From IMG/VR virus record IMGVR_UViG_3300042901_002340: DNA of 64,000 bases; one strand, written 5' to 3'. The notes under the pieces were generated by a model. That model ran no database searches, was not told the origin of the DNA, and worked only from the letters and a program-made list of their open reading frames with translations. Each line of letters opens with the position of its first letter. Within the stretch, counting starts at the first letter, position 1. The translations under genes were made by a program, and so were the position numbers. Shown here in pieces: positions 48,007 through 57,853 of the stretch. Source of the stretch: a virus. Taxonomy: Duplodnaviria > Heunggongvirae > Uroviricota > Caudoviricetes.

Positions 48007-48699
48007 ATGGAAAATATAATACCATTTTCAAATTTCTATTCCGATGATCTAAATGAATCTTTGGGCGGTGGGAGAGATAATACAAAAGAGGGGGGAGTAA
48101 AAAACTTCAACTACTCAAAAATAGTGGTACTTGACGGTTCATTATTCAAACTTGGTAAGGATGAAATAGATACCGATAATGATCAATTTAAAAGAGCGGT
48201 TGAGATCCTTAAACCTATGAAGGATTCAAGCATCGTTATTACAGGATCAGCATCAGCGGTAGGTAACGATAAAGGATATGACAATAAAAAATTGGCAGCT
48301 GACAGAGCTAAAAATTTTGTGGCTGCTCTTAAATCTGCTGGTGTCAATACTTCTAGATACATTACAAATTCTGTTGTAGGTAAAGCTACAGTACCAAATA
48401 GTCCAGCTGCAAACGCAGAACAAAACGTTACCTTTAAAATTAAAAGGAATGGAAGTACTGTTAGATTTGAACTTGAAAGGGATAATACCGCTGTTGTTGT
48501 GCCTAAAATAGACAAGATTAAAAATATTGCTCCTCCTATCATAGAGGGTGGAGATTATGAGTACATGGTTTATAAAATAACTTACAAAAAAGGGGATGCA
48601 CCGAAGGTTGCTGCTAATATAGCAAAAGTTACTAAAGATATTAGAGCGGATCTAAGAAACATAACTAAGGAATATACAAACTGCATAAACAAAAAATAA
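48007..48699 (+). CDS. OmpA_C-like domain protein
   Basis: FKLGK...ITGSASAVG...NKKLAADRAK. Confidence 0.6.
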   Translation: MENIIPFSNFYSDDLNESLGGGRDNTKEGGVKNFNYSKIVVLDGSLFKLGKDEIDTDNDQFKRAVEILKPMKDSSIVITGSASAVGNDKGYDNKKLAADRAKNFVAALKSAGVNTSRYITNSVVGKATVPNSPAANAEQNVTFKIKRNGSTVRFELERDNTAVVVPKIDKIKNIAPPIIEGGDYEYMVYKITYKKGDAPKVAANIAKVTKDIRADLRNITKEYTNCINKK

Positions 48700-48715
48700 G
48701 CTAATTTACATTAGC

Positions 48716-48976
48716 TTATTTTTTTATTTTAATTCTGACGTCGGAATTACCCTTTATGAGTCTATGCCAGACACCTTTCTTTATTTCTATCTTTCCTTCT
48801 AGTTTAATTGGTAATTGATTATCAAATTGAAACATCCAATCGGTTTTGTGTATTGGTTCTATCATTCTATCCTCCTCGTCCCAGTGCCATTTAAGATCAT
48901 CTTCATCCAGAGAAACACTAAATGTTCTAATAACCTCATTATCAGATAGTATTATTTCATCATAAGGTTTTACCAT
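48716..48976 (-). CDS. Cupin-like protein
   Basis: LKWHWDEEDR...WHRLIKG. Confidence 0.6.
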   Translation of the reverse strand: MVKPYDEIILSDNEVIRTFSVSLDEDDLKWHWDEEDRMIEPIHKTDWMFQFDNQLPIKLEGKIEIKKGVWHRLIKGNSDVRIKIKK

Positions 48977-49548
48977 GGTCTATTGGATTTAATACCAAGC
49001 AATTTTCTATATCTAGAAACGTTGCACGCCCACCATCTAGGTTTCCATTTAGGTCCAGGATTGTCACATTGCATTCTTGCTCTAAAAGATTTAGCTGCAG
49101 CTGCATCATTATTTCTTACCTTCATACCGGGTTGACCGAATCTTACTTGAACAACTTTACCACTTCCGTTTTTGGTATAAACCGCAAATTTTCTAGGTCC
49201 TCCTGGAGTTCTTCTAGGTTTATTTAATTTCACCTTCTTTCCCTGATATTCAGCCTCGTCTAACTCGTCCCATATCATATAAGGAACATCCAGCATCACG
49301 CGATCGCCCTCGTACGTCCCGTACGTGCCCGCGTCCGTACTTATTAAGAATAGGTCATTATCACAAAGATCTATTTTATTATTCTCCCATAAATCTCTAG
49401 CCTCATTAATAAGAGATAACCAGGCATCGGATTCTATTCTATAAACACTTTCCATGAGGGGAATTTCAGATTCCAGATGATAACTTAATCCCTCACTTAT
49501 TTCAGAGAAATTGTTGGTCTGGGATTCGAACGTTTTGATATATTTCAT
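48970..49548 (-). CDS. Conserved phage protein with capsid-targeting-like N-terminus
   Basis: MKYIKTFES; KFAVY..VRFG..SFRARMQC..RWWAC. Confidence 0.65.
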   Translation of the reverse strand: MKYIKTFESQTNNFSEISEGLSYHLESEIPLMESVYRIESDAWLSLINEARDLWENNKIDLCDNDLFLISTDAGTYGTYEGDRVMLDVPYMIWDELDEAEYQGKKVKLNKPRRTPGGPRKFAVYTKNGSGKVVQVRFGQPGMKVRNNDAAAAKSFRARMQCDNPGPKWKPRWWACNVSRYRKLLGIKSNRPW

Positions 49549-49550
49549 TA

Positions 49551-50183
49551 TTAGTTGTTTAAATATTGTTCAGCGTATTGGTATATGTACTTATTGTATC
49601 TTTTTAATACATCCTCACTAACTACCTTTTTTATGTCATTATATAGTGGATTTCTAGCCAACAAATCTCTAAGTTGTGAGATGTCTCTAAGACCCTCTCT
49701 AGACAGCATCATTTCTATGATTGACTGTGAGAATGCCATAATTTCATCCTTGTTAGAAAAATATAATTCCCTATCATTGGCGTCTGGTAGTGTATATTCA
49801 ACATTGGGTCTTCTTTCCCATTGTCCTTTATGAACGCTCTCGTGTTGAATCATATGTGAAATGAATCCAAGTTCTCTAAATCCTATACCCGGTATATTCA
49901 ATACTATATTTACGTTATTATCACTATCAATGAATCCAAATAGTGGTGTGTTTCTGGGTGGTGCTGTGTGCTTAAATTCCTCTGGTAATTCTCTATAGAA
50001 ATCCTCATATCTTTTAAACCTAACATCATGATTCCATGAGATCATATTTGCCTGGTCAACCGATATCGGTCTAACTGCGCAAGCTTCTGCAAGTTCAGAC
50101 ATAAGTTCCGTATAATCTATTGGCATTATTACTGCTTCATTAACGGATGTAACATAATCTTTAAATTTTTTTATGTTGATCAT
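49551..50183 (-). CDS. Zincin-like (HExxH) protein
   Basis: QHESVH and Y..NKDEIMAF. Confidence 0.55.
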   Translation of the reverse strand: MINIKKFKDYVTSVNEAVIMPIDYTELMSELAEACAVRPISVDQANMISWNHDVRFKRYEDFYRELPEEFKHTAPPRNTPLFGFIDSDNNVNIVLNIPGIGFRELGFISHMIQHESVHKGQWERRPNVEYTLPDANDRELYFSNKDEIMAFSQSIIEMMLSREGLRDISQLRDLLARNPLYNDIKKVVSEDVLKRYNKYIYQYAEQYLNN

Positions 50184-50289
50184 TGTTGAATTTTATTTTA
50201 TTATATATCAAAAAAATTGTGATTTTATTTTTTTCCTCCGCACGTATGCTATATCTTTGCATAAAAATTAAAAACATTAAAACAAAAAA

Positions 50290-51192
50290 ATGAGACAAAT
50301 CAAAGTTAACAAGGAAGCATTTACTCCCAGGACAACTAGAGCTTCCGCGTTATATTTAAACGAAGTGGATCGAACAAAGATAATGGATCCACAGAAAGAA
50401 GCAGAGATTGCATTTCTTGCTTACAATGGGGACGAAGAAGCCAAATTAAAATTAATAAATGCTAATTTGAGGTTCGTTTTAACAGTAGCTAAAAATTATG
50501 CTAAGAATCCGGACGATTTTGCAGAAATTGTTGCAGTTGGTAATATCGGTCTTGTTGAGGCAGCTTCACTATTCGATCCTAGTAGAGGATTCAAATTCAT
50601 ATCTTTTGCAGTTTGGCATATAAGAAAAGAGATATTGAAGCATCTCAGCGATAATGGTAGAACTGTTAGAATACCAACAAACCAGATAAATACCCTGAAA
50701 GCAATGAGAGATACTGCAAATGAGATCTCCATGAAAGAGGGAAGAAATGCAACATTCGAAGAAACAGTGGATGAAATTAAAAAGCTTGATAAATTCTCAA
50801 GAATAAAAACAAATATAATACAAAATGCAATTGGTGCTGATTCTAGACCAGCATCATTTGATTCACCTCTTAATGACGAGATCGGCTCAGCGACTCTAAT
50901 TGATATAATGGATTCAGGAGAATGCTACTCAGATCTTGAAACTGAAACAAACCAAAGTAATTCCATATTATTAAAACTTACGGAGTCACTCGATCCACAT
51001 GAAACCGAAATGGTACTAAGAAGGCATGGTGTATTTCCATTTGATGATGCAGGGGAAAGTTTTACACAGATCGCTCATGATATGGGAATGGGATTAACTA
51101 GTGAATGTGTCAGAATAAGGTACAAAGCTTCGATTAAAAAAATGGCAAAATATGCACAGAAACTTAACTATAAAATGTCCGACATATTATAA
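50290..51192 (+). CDS. RpoD/RpoS-like sigma-70 factor
   Basis: LINANLRFV..VAK.Y, GNIGL..A...FDP.RGFKFISFAVW.IR, RTVRIP, region-4 HTH. Confidence 0.9.
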   Translation: MRQIKVNKEAFTPRTTRASALYLNEVDRTKIMDPQKEAEIAFLAYNGDEEAKLKLINANLRFVLTVAKNYAKNPDDFAEIVAVGNIGLVEAASLFDPSRGFKFISFAVWHIRKEILKHLSDNGRTVRIPTNQINTLKAMRDTANEISMKEGRNATFEETVDEIKKLDKFSRIKTNIIQNAIGADSRPASFDSPLNDEIGSATLIDIMDSGECYSDLETETNQSNSILLKLTESLDPHETEMVLRRHGVFPFDDAGESFTQIAHDMGMGLTSECVRIRYKASIKKMAKYAQKLNYKMSDIL

Positions 51193-51554
51193 TGGAAGAA
51201 AAAATATACATATTGATGACGTCTTCTGGATCGTATGATGATTATATGACCCATATACTAGGGGTATATTCAACCAGGGAATTAGCAGAGGATGGAAAGG
51301 TTAAATACAAGGAGGCTCTGGATAAATTCTTTGATGAAAATCCCTGCCCGGTTGATTGGGAGACAAGAAAAAGGATAGAATCCTATGATATAACGGTAGA
51401 TGGAGATGGAGACAACTCTTTAATAGATCTATACCAAAATTGGTTTATAAAAACGTGTGGGGTATTCGAGATGTTAAAGGATTCATGGATCATTGAAAAA
51501 ACACTAAATCAAATAGATCTTGAATTAATAGACGATAGAACAAATTATTTCTAA
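51192..51554 (+). CDS. Hypothetical protein
   Basis: Overlaps the sigma gene stop codon. Confidence 0.6.
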   Translation: MEEKIYILMTSSGSYDDYMTHILGVYSTRELAEDGKVKYKEALDKFFDENPCPVDWETRKRIESYDITVDGDGDNSLIDLYQNWFIKTCGVFEMLKDSWIIEKTLNQIDLELIDDRTNYF

Positions 51555-51585
51555 ATAAAAAAAGCAGACATAAAATCTGCTTTTT

Positions 51586-52698
51586 TTATTTTTTTGATGG
51601 TATATTTATCTTCCCTGTCACTTTGTCCATTGTAGGTATAATACAATCGGTATCTATATTAAATACTGTATCGTCCAATGGGGCAAAAACCATAAGCTTT
51701 ATTGCCTGATTATAGTAAGGTTTTTTAACTATTGATATTTTGTAATCAGGATCTCCTTTAACCTCACCCTTCTGAACTATTCTAATCTTTCCGTTAGCAT
51801 CAAGAATCTTAGTTTTTATTAGCTCCTCTATTTTATCAGCAGGTATTCCAATTTCGGTCAGCTTTTTTCTCATACCAGTAAGAATTTTACCTTTAATTGT
51901 ATTAAGTGATCTTACAAAATCATCCGGTGATTCGGCCTCTCTCTTTCTGATTCTTACACCTAGGAATGGTGTTATGTAAAAATTATCTGGACCTTGATAA
52001 ACAACGAAACAATCGGGAATTTCTAAAGGTTCTAGATTGAGATTTATTATTGTATTGGGTGATGCATATAGACCAATTTCATCCTCTGAAAAATAACCAA
52101 CATAATCATTTTCTTCCGTGCCCTGTTTGCCCTTCTTATTTATACCTTTGGTGCATGTTATAACTTCTTTGTATTTTTCTCCGCTAAATTTTAACTCCGC
52201 TTCTATGTATTGGTAACTTTCTTCTTTTCCTTGGTCTGGTAGTAAATTTGTTTTGAATATGAAATTTTTATCAAATCCGGATTTTTCTTGCTCAGTTTTT
52301 ATTCCGAGCATTTCCATAACTATTTTCTTGACCGTGTCAAGCCTAGCCCTACAAAGTTGTGCATTATCTGATTTGTCACCAGCAATTCTCTTGTATCCGT
52401 CTTGTGCGAGTTGATTTCTTAATGATGCCGTTACAGGTATTGTTGACGTGGAAGCAGTTAAAACTATGGTTGTTACACCCTTATAGATACTTCCATTTAT
52501 AAGTTTAGAAACTATACTTTCAGCTATATCATTCTTAAGTTTTAATAGCTGATCAGGTTTTAGATTTTCAATTTTATACTGACCTAGAGGAAATTGAAAT
52601 CTCGCATTACTCACTGCACTAGAAACCGATACTACCGATTTTGCCGGTGCTTTTTCATCCTCATTTATAAAGGCTGAGAAGTCTTTTATTCTATTCAT
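51586..52698 (-). CDS. Putative internal virion protein, possible OmpA-like domain
   Basis: MNRIKDFSAFINE; NAQLCRAR. Confidence 0.5.
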   Translation of the reverse strand: MNRIKDFSAFINEDEKAPAKSVVSVSSAVSNARFQFPLGQYKIENLKPDQLLKLKNDIAESIVSKLINGSIYKGVTTIVLTASTSTIPVTASLRNQLAQDGYKRIAGDKSDNAQLCRARLDTVKKIVMEMLGIKTEQEKSGFDKNFIFKTNLLPDQGKEESYQYIEAELKFSGEKYKEVITCTKGINKKGKQGTEENDYVGYFSEDEIGLYASPNTIINLNLEPLEIPDCFVVYQGPDNFYITPFLGVRIRKREAESPDDFVRSLNTIKGKILTGMRKKLTEIGIPADKIEELIKTKILDANGKIRIVQKGEVKGDPDYKISIVKKPYYNQAIKLMVFAPLDDTVFNIDTDCIIPTMDKVTGKINIPSKK

Positions 52699-52766
52699 TT
52701 TATTTGAATTTGATTTATTCTATATATCCAAATAAAATACCATAAAAAAAGAGCCAGTAGGCTCTT

Positions 52767-53450
52767 TTACATTGTTAGTAGAAGTGAATAATCTTCGGGG
52801 TCGCCCGGATTTATAACAAGATCCTCGATAACGGATTTTTTGGTCTTCTTTATAGGATCAGAAAACCATTCCTCGAAAACATCGTCCCATTCAGTAAATT
52901 CAACATGTCCAAATGGATCTTTAGGCTCTGATAAATTACACGGTACCATTGATCCTGATGAGTCATAAATGTCGTCAAGTATCCCAAGTATTCCTATTGG
53001 TGATTTTTTCAATAGAAAATAATCCGAAACATGTGAGTTGTCTCTCTGTAGATGTATATCCCCATAGTTAACATAATCCATCTGGTTCGTAACATTCCAC
53101 AAGTGGGGTGTAGAAAATTCAACATAAGCTACATCCTTATTCTCGCATAAACCATATGCAGTAATAATAAGTATATTTTTTATTTTATGCTTAGTATTAT
53201 AGAAATACTGGGTTTGCTGAAATATTCCCCTACCCACACTAGCAACCTCGGAAACCCCTGGTCTCTTTTTTGTGAGAGGTGGAGGAAGAACGATAAGAAA
53301 TTCACATTCGTCCATAGCAGAATTGCTATACGTTCCTCCTGTGAATTCCTTTAGCTCTATGTCAAACTTTAAAAGATATCTCCGAATCTTGTCGACCGTC
53401 TCCTTGGATACAGCGTTGCTTTTCGAAAAATATACCTTATTATTTACCAT
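52767..53450 (-). CDS. Hypothetical protein
   Basis: ORF track. Confidence 0.6.
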   Translation of the reverse strand: MVNNKVYFSKSNAVSKETVDKIRRYLLKFDIELKEFTGGTYSNSAMDECEFLIVLPPPLTKKRPGVSEVASVGRGIFQQTQYFYNTKHKIKNILIITAYGLCENKDVAYVEFSTPHLWNVTNQMDYVNYGDIHLQRDNSHVSDYFLLKKSPIGILGILDDIYDSSGSMVPCNLSEPKDPFGHVEFTEWDDVFEEWFSDPIKKTKKSVIEDLVINPGDPEDYSLLLTM

Positions 53451-53790
53451 CTGTTCCGAACCATTCATCAACGATTGCCTGTGCTGCTTTTAACTCAATC
53501 TCTTTCAAGTTGAGCTTAAGCTTAGTTTTATGAAGATTGTTAACCCAGGTAGCGGCATCAAAATCATCTCCTCCTGGCTTCAAAGAGTAGCTGTTGTTTG
53601 GCGCAAGATCAGTAAGTTTAGAAATCTCCATCTCCAAAGCAAGTTTGTCGGTTTCAATTTTCTGAACTAAAGCATTTGCTGCAATAGATGCACCCTTAGA
53701 TAGGAGTGTAGCTCTTGTTTCTTTAATTGATGCATCGGATGCACTTAAATTCGTAATGAATTTGTTTTTTGTTGCTTTTAAATTTTCCAT
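53440..53790 (-). CDS. Coiled-coil hypothetical protein
   Basis: ORF track; TAnnTTTG-like promoter upstream. Confidence 0.65.
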   Translation of the reverse strand: MENLKATKNKFITNLSASDASIKETRATLLSKGASIAANALVQKIETDKLALEMEISKLTDLAPNNSYSLKPGGDDFDAATWVNNLHKTKLKLNLKEIELKAAQAIVDEWFGTDGK

Positions 53791-53887
53791 TTTTTAATGT
53801 TTCTTATAATTAGATTGCAAATATATGGCAATCCTGCGGAATAAAAAAATAAAAGCATAAAAAAATCCATCTCGAAGATGGATTTTT

Positions 53888-54202
53888 TTATTTTCTGAAT
53901 TTATTAGGAAATAACATTCTGAGTTCGTGTCCCTGTGGGATATCTTTAGTTCTTATTCCAAAAACTTTCTTTTCCGGACATGGATCCTTTCCATCCATTT
54001 TGAATCCATTATTGCATGCCCATGTCTCAATAGAGCGTGTATAAAGCTCTCCTTTTATGTATGGGAAGTTTACACCTGATTGATTATCGATCGTGTCTAT
54101 ACGGCCTCCTAATAAGGTAACCATTATATTTCTGTTCTGTCTTGAGGTTAGCGTGATTTCTCTTTTAGCCGAAAACCCCTCAAATAGTAATAAATTTTTC
54201 AT
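53888..54202 (-). CDS. Hypothetical protein
   Basis: MKNLLLFEGF N-terminus. Confidence 0.6.
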   Translation of the reverse strand: MKNLLLFEGFSAKREITLTSRQNRNIMVTLLGGRIDTIDNQSGVNFPYIKGELYTRSIETWACNNGFKMDGKDPCPEKKVFGIRTKDIPQGHELRMLFPNKFRK

Positions 54203-55686
54203 ATTTTTATTTTCTTAGTTATTACACTTGATTTTGTTTTTGCAACTATAATATATAATCCTTCTGGAAGTTCTGATAAATCTGGATTTTGTGATATTAA
54301 ACTTCCATTAAAGTTATATATCTTAACATTTATTGTTTCATCATCTTCCATTTCAATTCTTTTATTAACTATTCTAAAACTTGGAACATTGTATGTTTGT
54401 TGTAAATCATTAAATCCTTCTGTAGTCCAAGTATTCAAATTAGAGGTTTGAATTGAATATAGTTTATTACTAATAAATGGATCTGGTAAGTTTAAATATA
54501 ATTTATAAGTACCTACTGGTAAACCTAAAGTTACTAAATTAGTAGTGATAGTATAACTTGTACTTGTGCATCTTTTTATATCGTTATCTATTTCGAAGGA
54601 ATAATTTATATTAGTGCTAGTATTTTTACATATCAAAAATGCTTTTCTAGATTTAAACAAATTAGCATATCCATAGTTACCCATGTTTATTGTAAGAACG
54701 CCGTTGGTAATATTCGAAGAATTTAGCCTAAAATTATAACCTAAATTTCTTTGTATGGTGGTAAAACAACCATTTGTTTGCCATCCTGTAATTACTGCTG
54801 GAAAATAATCTTTATTAAGCAAACTCCAATTAAATCTATCCATTTCAATCATAGCATTTGAACAATCGGTTCTAGGTGTATTGACCATATTGGTTTCTCC
54901 TATTACAGGTAGATTTACTGTTTGTGTTTGCCAATAAGAAACTTGTGCTGCTGTTGGTGTAGCATTAACTGAACTCACACTAAATGTTCCGGAATCACCC
55001 CAAGTACCTAAAAATGAATCATTATAGAATCCTATTCTTCCCACGAAAGTGTTTCCATACATTTTTTGTTTTGCTTCTACATATCTAACTTGAACAAGTA
55101 TATCAGAAGAAAATCTTAGAAGCATTTCATCTAAAACTTGTTTTCTATTATTCCATTGAGTTGTACTTACTGGATAAGTATCACCAAATTCTGTAGAACC
55201 AGTATAATACCATTCACCCCATCTTCCGATAAATCCCGCTTGTACACATACAATTACATCCTTGTTGCGATTAATTACTGGCGCTAATTGTCGAATATGT
55301 GCTTGTATTTGAGCTCTAGTTGGCTGATATACAGTTGATGAATTGGCAGTGTATGAAAATCTAACAGTTACTTTAGCACCCGCTGTCCTAATTCTGTTAA
55401 AATCAGTTTGCATATTGTTTAAGTATGTTGAAGTAATTGGTGTACCTGTAATAAAATCTCTCAAAAAGAATTGTCTTTGTATTACAGTTATGTTTTCATT
55501 AGTTCTATACCCTGTTATTGTATTTTGGTTTAGTAAGTTATATCCTCCGGAAGAACCCGTTGAAGTATAGTGGTAAAGACCTTTTTCTGGATTGGGAATC
55601 GATGAGGATAAAGTTTGATATGTCACATTTTGCGAACTTATTATTACAGGGAACAAGAATAATAAGAATAGTAATATTTTTTTCAT
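54199..55686 (-). CDS. Secreted DUF4874/DUF4832 protein with T9SS CTD-like tail
   Basis: Signal peptide; paralogue of 8791-10122; ends IYNFNG..LSELPEGLYII...TKKIKI. Confidence 0.75.
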   Translation of the reverse strand: MKKILLFLLFLFPVIISSQNVTYQTLSSSIPNPEKGLYHYTSTGSSGGYNLLNQNTITGYRTNENITVIQRQFFLRDFITGTPITSTYLNNMQTDFNRIRTAGAKVTVRFSYTANSSTVYQPTRAQIQAHIRQLAPVINRNKDVIVCVQAGFIGRWGEWYYTGSTEFGDTYPVSTTQWNNRKQVLDEMLLRFSSDILVQVRYVEAKQKMYGNTFVGRIGFYNDSFLGTWGDSGTFSVSSVNATPTAAQVSYWQTQTVNLPVIGETNMVNTPRTDCSNAMIEMDRFNWSLLNKDYFPAVITGWQTNGCFTTIQRNLGYNFRLNSSNITNGVLTINMGNYGYANLFKSRKAFLICKNTSTNINYSFEIDNDIKRCTSTSYTITTNLVTLGLPVGTYKLYLNLPDPFISNKLYSIQTSNLNTWTTEGFNDLQQTYNVPSFRIVNKRIEMEDDETINVKIYNFNGSLISQNPDLSELPEGLYIIVAKTKSSVITKKIKI

Positions 55687-55758
55687 AATTACAACATTTT
55701 TAATACTATATATTCTATTAAAATGTCTAATAAATGGAATCTCCCGGGATGTTAATGG

Positions 55759-56067
55759 CTATTTTATATCAATTGATTTCCATCTAATAGGTTCAATCTC
55801 GCCAACTATTGTTATAAGATCATTAATATCCAAAGCAAATGTTGAATGAATTTTTTTACTACCATTCACGACAAATTCTCCATCTATATAAACTCTGTCC
55901 AGAGTATACACATTATCCTCAATGAAATGGACACCTGCATATTCGAGAATGTTAGAAAATGTAAAATGTTTCCAGTATGTAAATATTATTGGCTCTATTT
56001 TTTCTGTGTTTATCTTTTTAATCGGCTCCGTGTGCGTTATATTCCTTTCTATTTCAGTTTTTTCCAT
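55759..56067 (-). CDS. Hypothetical protein
   Basis: ORF track; start approximate. Confidence 0.5.
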   Translation of the reverse strand: MEKTEIERNITHTEPIKKINTEKIEPIIFTYWKHFTFSNILEYAGVHFIEDNVYTLDRVYIDGEFVVNGSKKIHSTFALDINDLITIVGEIEPIRWKSIDIK

Positions 56068-56387
56068 ATCATGCATGATTTATCTATGTCGGAAAGAAGA
56101 ACATCATAAAATTCCATATCTTTTATATCATTAAACCATAGAGAATGTTGAGTTTTAATCCCAGGTATGGGTACACCTACACCCTCGTCGTTTATCATCA
56201 TCCAGTCTGGAGCGAATCCAAATAACCCAGATATTTTAAATGCTCTAACCTTTCTTGCTATCCCAGTACCTTCCCATTCACCAAATTCTATTATATACTC
56301 CTCACCCTCCACCAATGAATAGGATGAAGAGTTTAATCTGTCCCCATACGGATTGTGGCCATAGTGTATAAATTTGATTTCTTTCAT
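56049..56387 (-). CDS. Hypothetical protein
   Basis: ORF track. Confidence 0.55.
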   Translation of the reverse strand: MKEIKFIHYGHNPYGDRLNSSSYSLVEGEEYIIEFGEWEGTGIARKVRAFKISGLFGFAPDWMMINDEGVGVPIPGIKTQHSLWFNDIKDMEFYDVLLSDIDKSCMIWKKLK

Positions 56388-56461
56388 AATGCAAGATTAT
56401 GAAAGAATTTCGAAATAAAAAAACATAACACAAAAAAATAGACTCCGAAGAGTCTATTTTC

Positions 56462-57229
56462 TTATATAAGTCCTTTTTTTATTTTTCTACCTATATCGCT
56501 GTAATCTTTTGTCCCGGTTTTAAGTAATATTTTTTTCTTTATCTCCGGTAATTCTACAATATGTAATCCGGGAGGATTTTCCTTAAAATATTCATAGATC
56601 CAATCACCATCTTTCGAATCCAATATATGTTCTAGCACTTCGTGGTATTTTTCACCTATTTTTAGAAAATGGTTATTCTTACCTATAGGATTACCAACAG
56701 GTTCATTGAAAAATCCAAAGATCTTTTCTATCTCTAGATCTTCCCTGTCTCCCTTGATTTCCCTGCAATAATTCATAATCAACCACGCTATTTGATTTGG
56801 ATCCCCGTGCATTTCAGTATAGGTCTCTGCATCATCTTCACCTTCGAATGATTCTAAGAATTCTGGGAAATCCTTACCGTTTTTAATTATTCTTCCAAAA
56901 ACATATATCTTGTCAACCCCAGCTCTATCGGCGATCTCGTCAATATTATCATGTATCCATTCTTCAAACATCGAGTGATTATCTATGTCCGGAGGCGCTG
57001 TGTTGATGGAAAGTGTATATAATGAATCAAATCCTAAATATTGAGGTAAAAGTGTTTCTAAAAATTCAGTTGTTATTGATTTTGTCGAATCACCAGAGAC
57101 TAGAAATCTTGCAAGTCTATTTGCACCTATCCTTTCGTCTTGAAAGAACACGGAGAAATACCAATAGGATGAAGGTCTTAGTTGCACGGAGTTTTCGAAT
57201 AATTGGTAAAAAGTTTTTATATTCCTCAT
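56462..57229 (-). CDS. Putative internal virion protein
   Basis: MRNIKTFYQLFEN; C-terminal domain shared with 57229-57807. Confidence 0.6.
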   Translation of the reverse strand: MRNIKTFYQLFENSVQLRPSSYWYFSVFFQDERIGANRLARFLVSGDSTKSITTEFLETLLPQYLGFDSLYTLSINTAPPDIDNHSMFEEWIHDNIDEIADRAGVDKIYVFGRIIKNGKDFPEFLESFEGEDDAETYTEMHGDPNQIAWLIMNYCREIKGDREDLEIEKIFGFFNEPVGNPIGKNNHFLKIGEKYHEVLEHILDSKDGDWIYEYFKENPPGLHIVELPEIKKKILLKTGTKDYSDIGRKIKKGLI

Positions 57230-57807
57230 TATATCAGTCCTTGTTTTAATTTTCTACCTATATCTCCATAGTCTTTAATTCCCGTTTTATCTAGGACTTC
57301 TTTCTTTAATTCTGGTGAATCATCAAGAAGATAAATTTCTAATGGATTTTTTTTGAAATATTCGCATAAAAAATCAATCTCATTATCTGATTTTAAATCA
57401 GAATCTATATTAAAGATAAAGTAAGGAATCTTCCTAGCTATAGACAAACACATTTTTAAAAAATCAAGTGAGCATCCGATTTTATTTAATAATACCGACT
57501 CTATTGCGTCTGTTTTTGATGAATGGTTATTATGAATATCTGATAGTTGTATCAAGCGTATTTTACTGGGTGTTTCCCCTTCAAACATAACAAGAAATTC
57601 ATCATTTATTATATAGAATTTACCATATGTTTTTGTCCATTGTTCGTATGTGTTTGGCCATCTAATCGGATCCCAATTAGTTAATTCTTTATCAGTACAG
57701 TATTCGCTAAATTCTTTATGCTCTCCCACACCAAAGGAAACAATTTTTAGTTTTCTATCCTCAATTAGACTCTCAAATAGCTGTTTGAACGTTTTAATAT
57801 TTTTCAT
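57229..57807 (-). CDS. Putative internal virion protein
   Basis: MKNIKTFKQLFES; shared C-terminal domain. Confidence 0.6.
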   Translation of the reverse strand: MKNIKTFKQLFESLIEDRKLKIVSFGVGEHKEFSEYCTDKELTNWDPIRWPNTYEQWTKTYGKFYIINDEFLVMFEGETPSKIRLIQLSDIHNNHSSKTDAIESVLLNKIGCSLDFLKMCLSIARKIPYFIFNIDSDLKSDNEIDFLCEYFKKNPLEIYLLDDSPELKKEVLDKTGIKDYGDIGRKLKQGLI

Positions 57808-57853
57808 ACCTTATATATCCGGAACCTATCACCACATTTTTATATAATATCAA

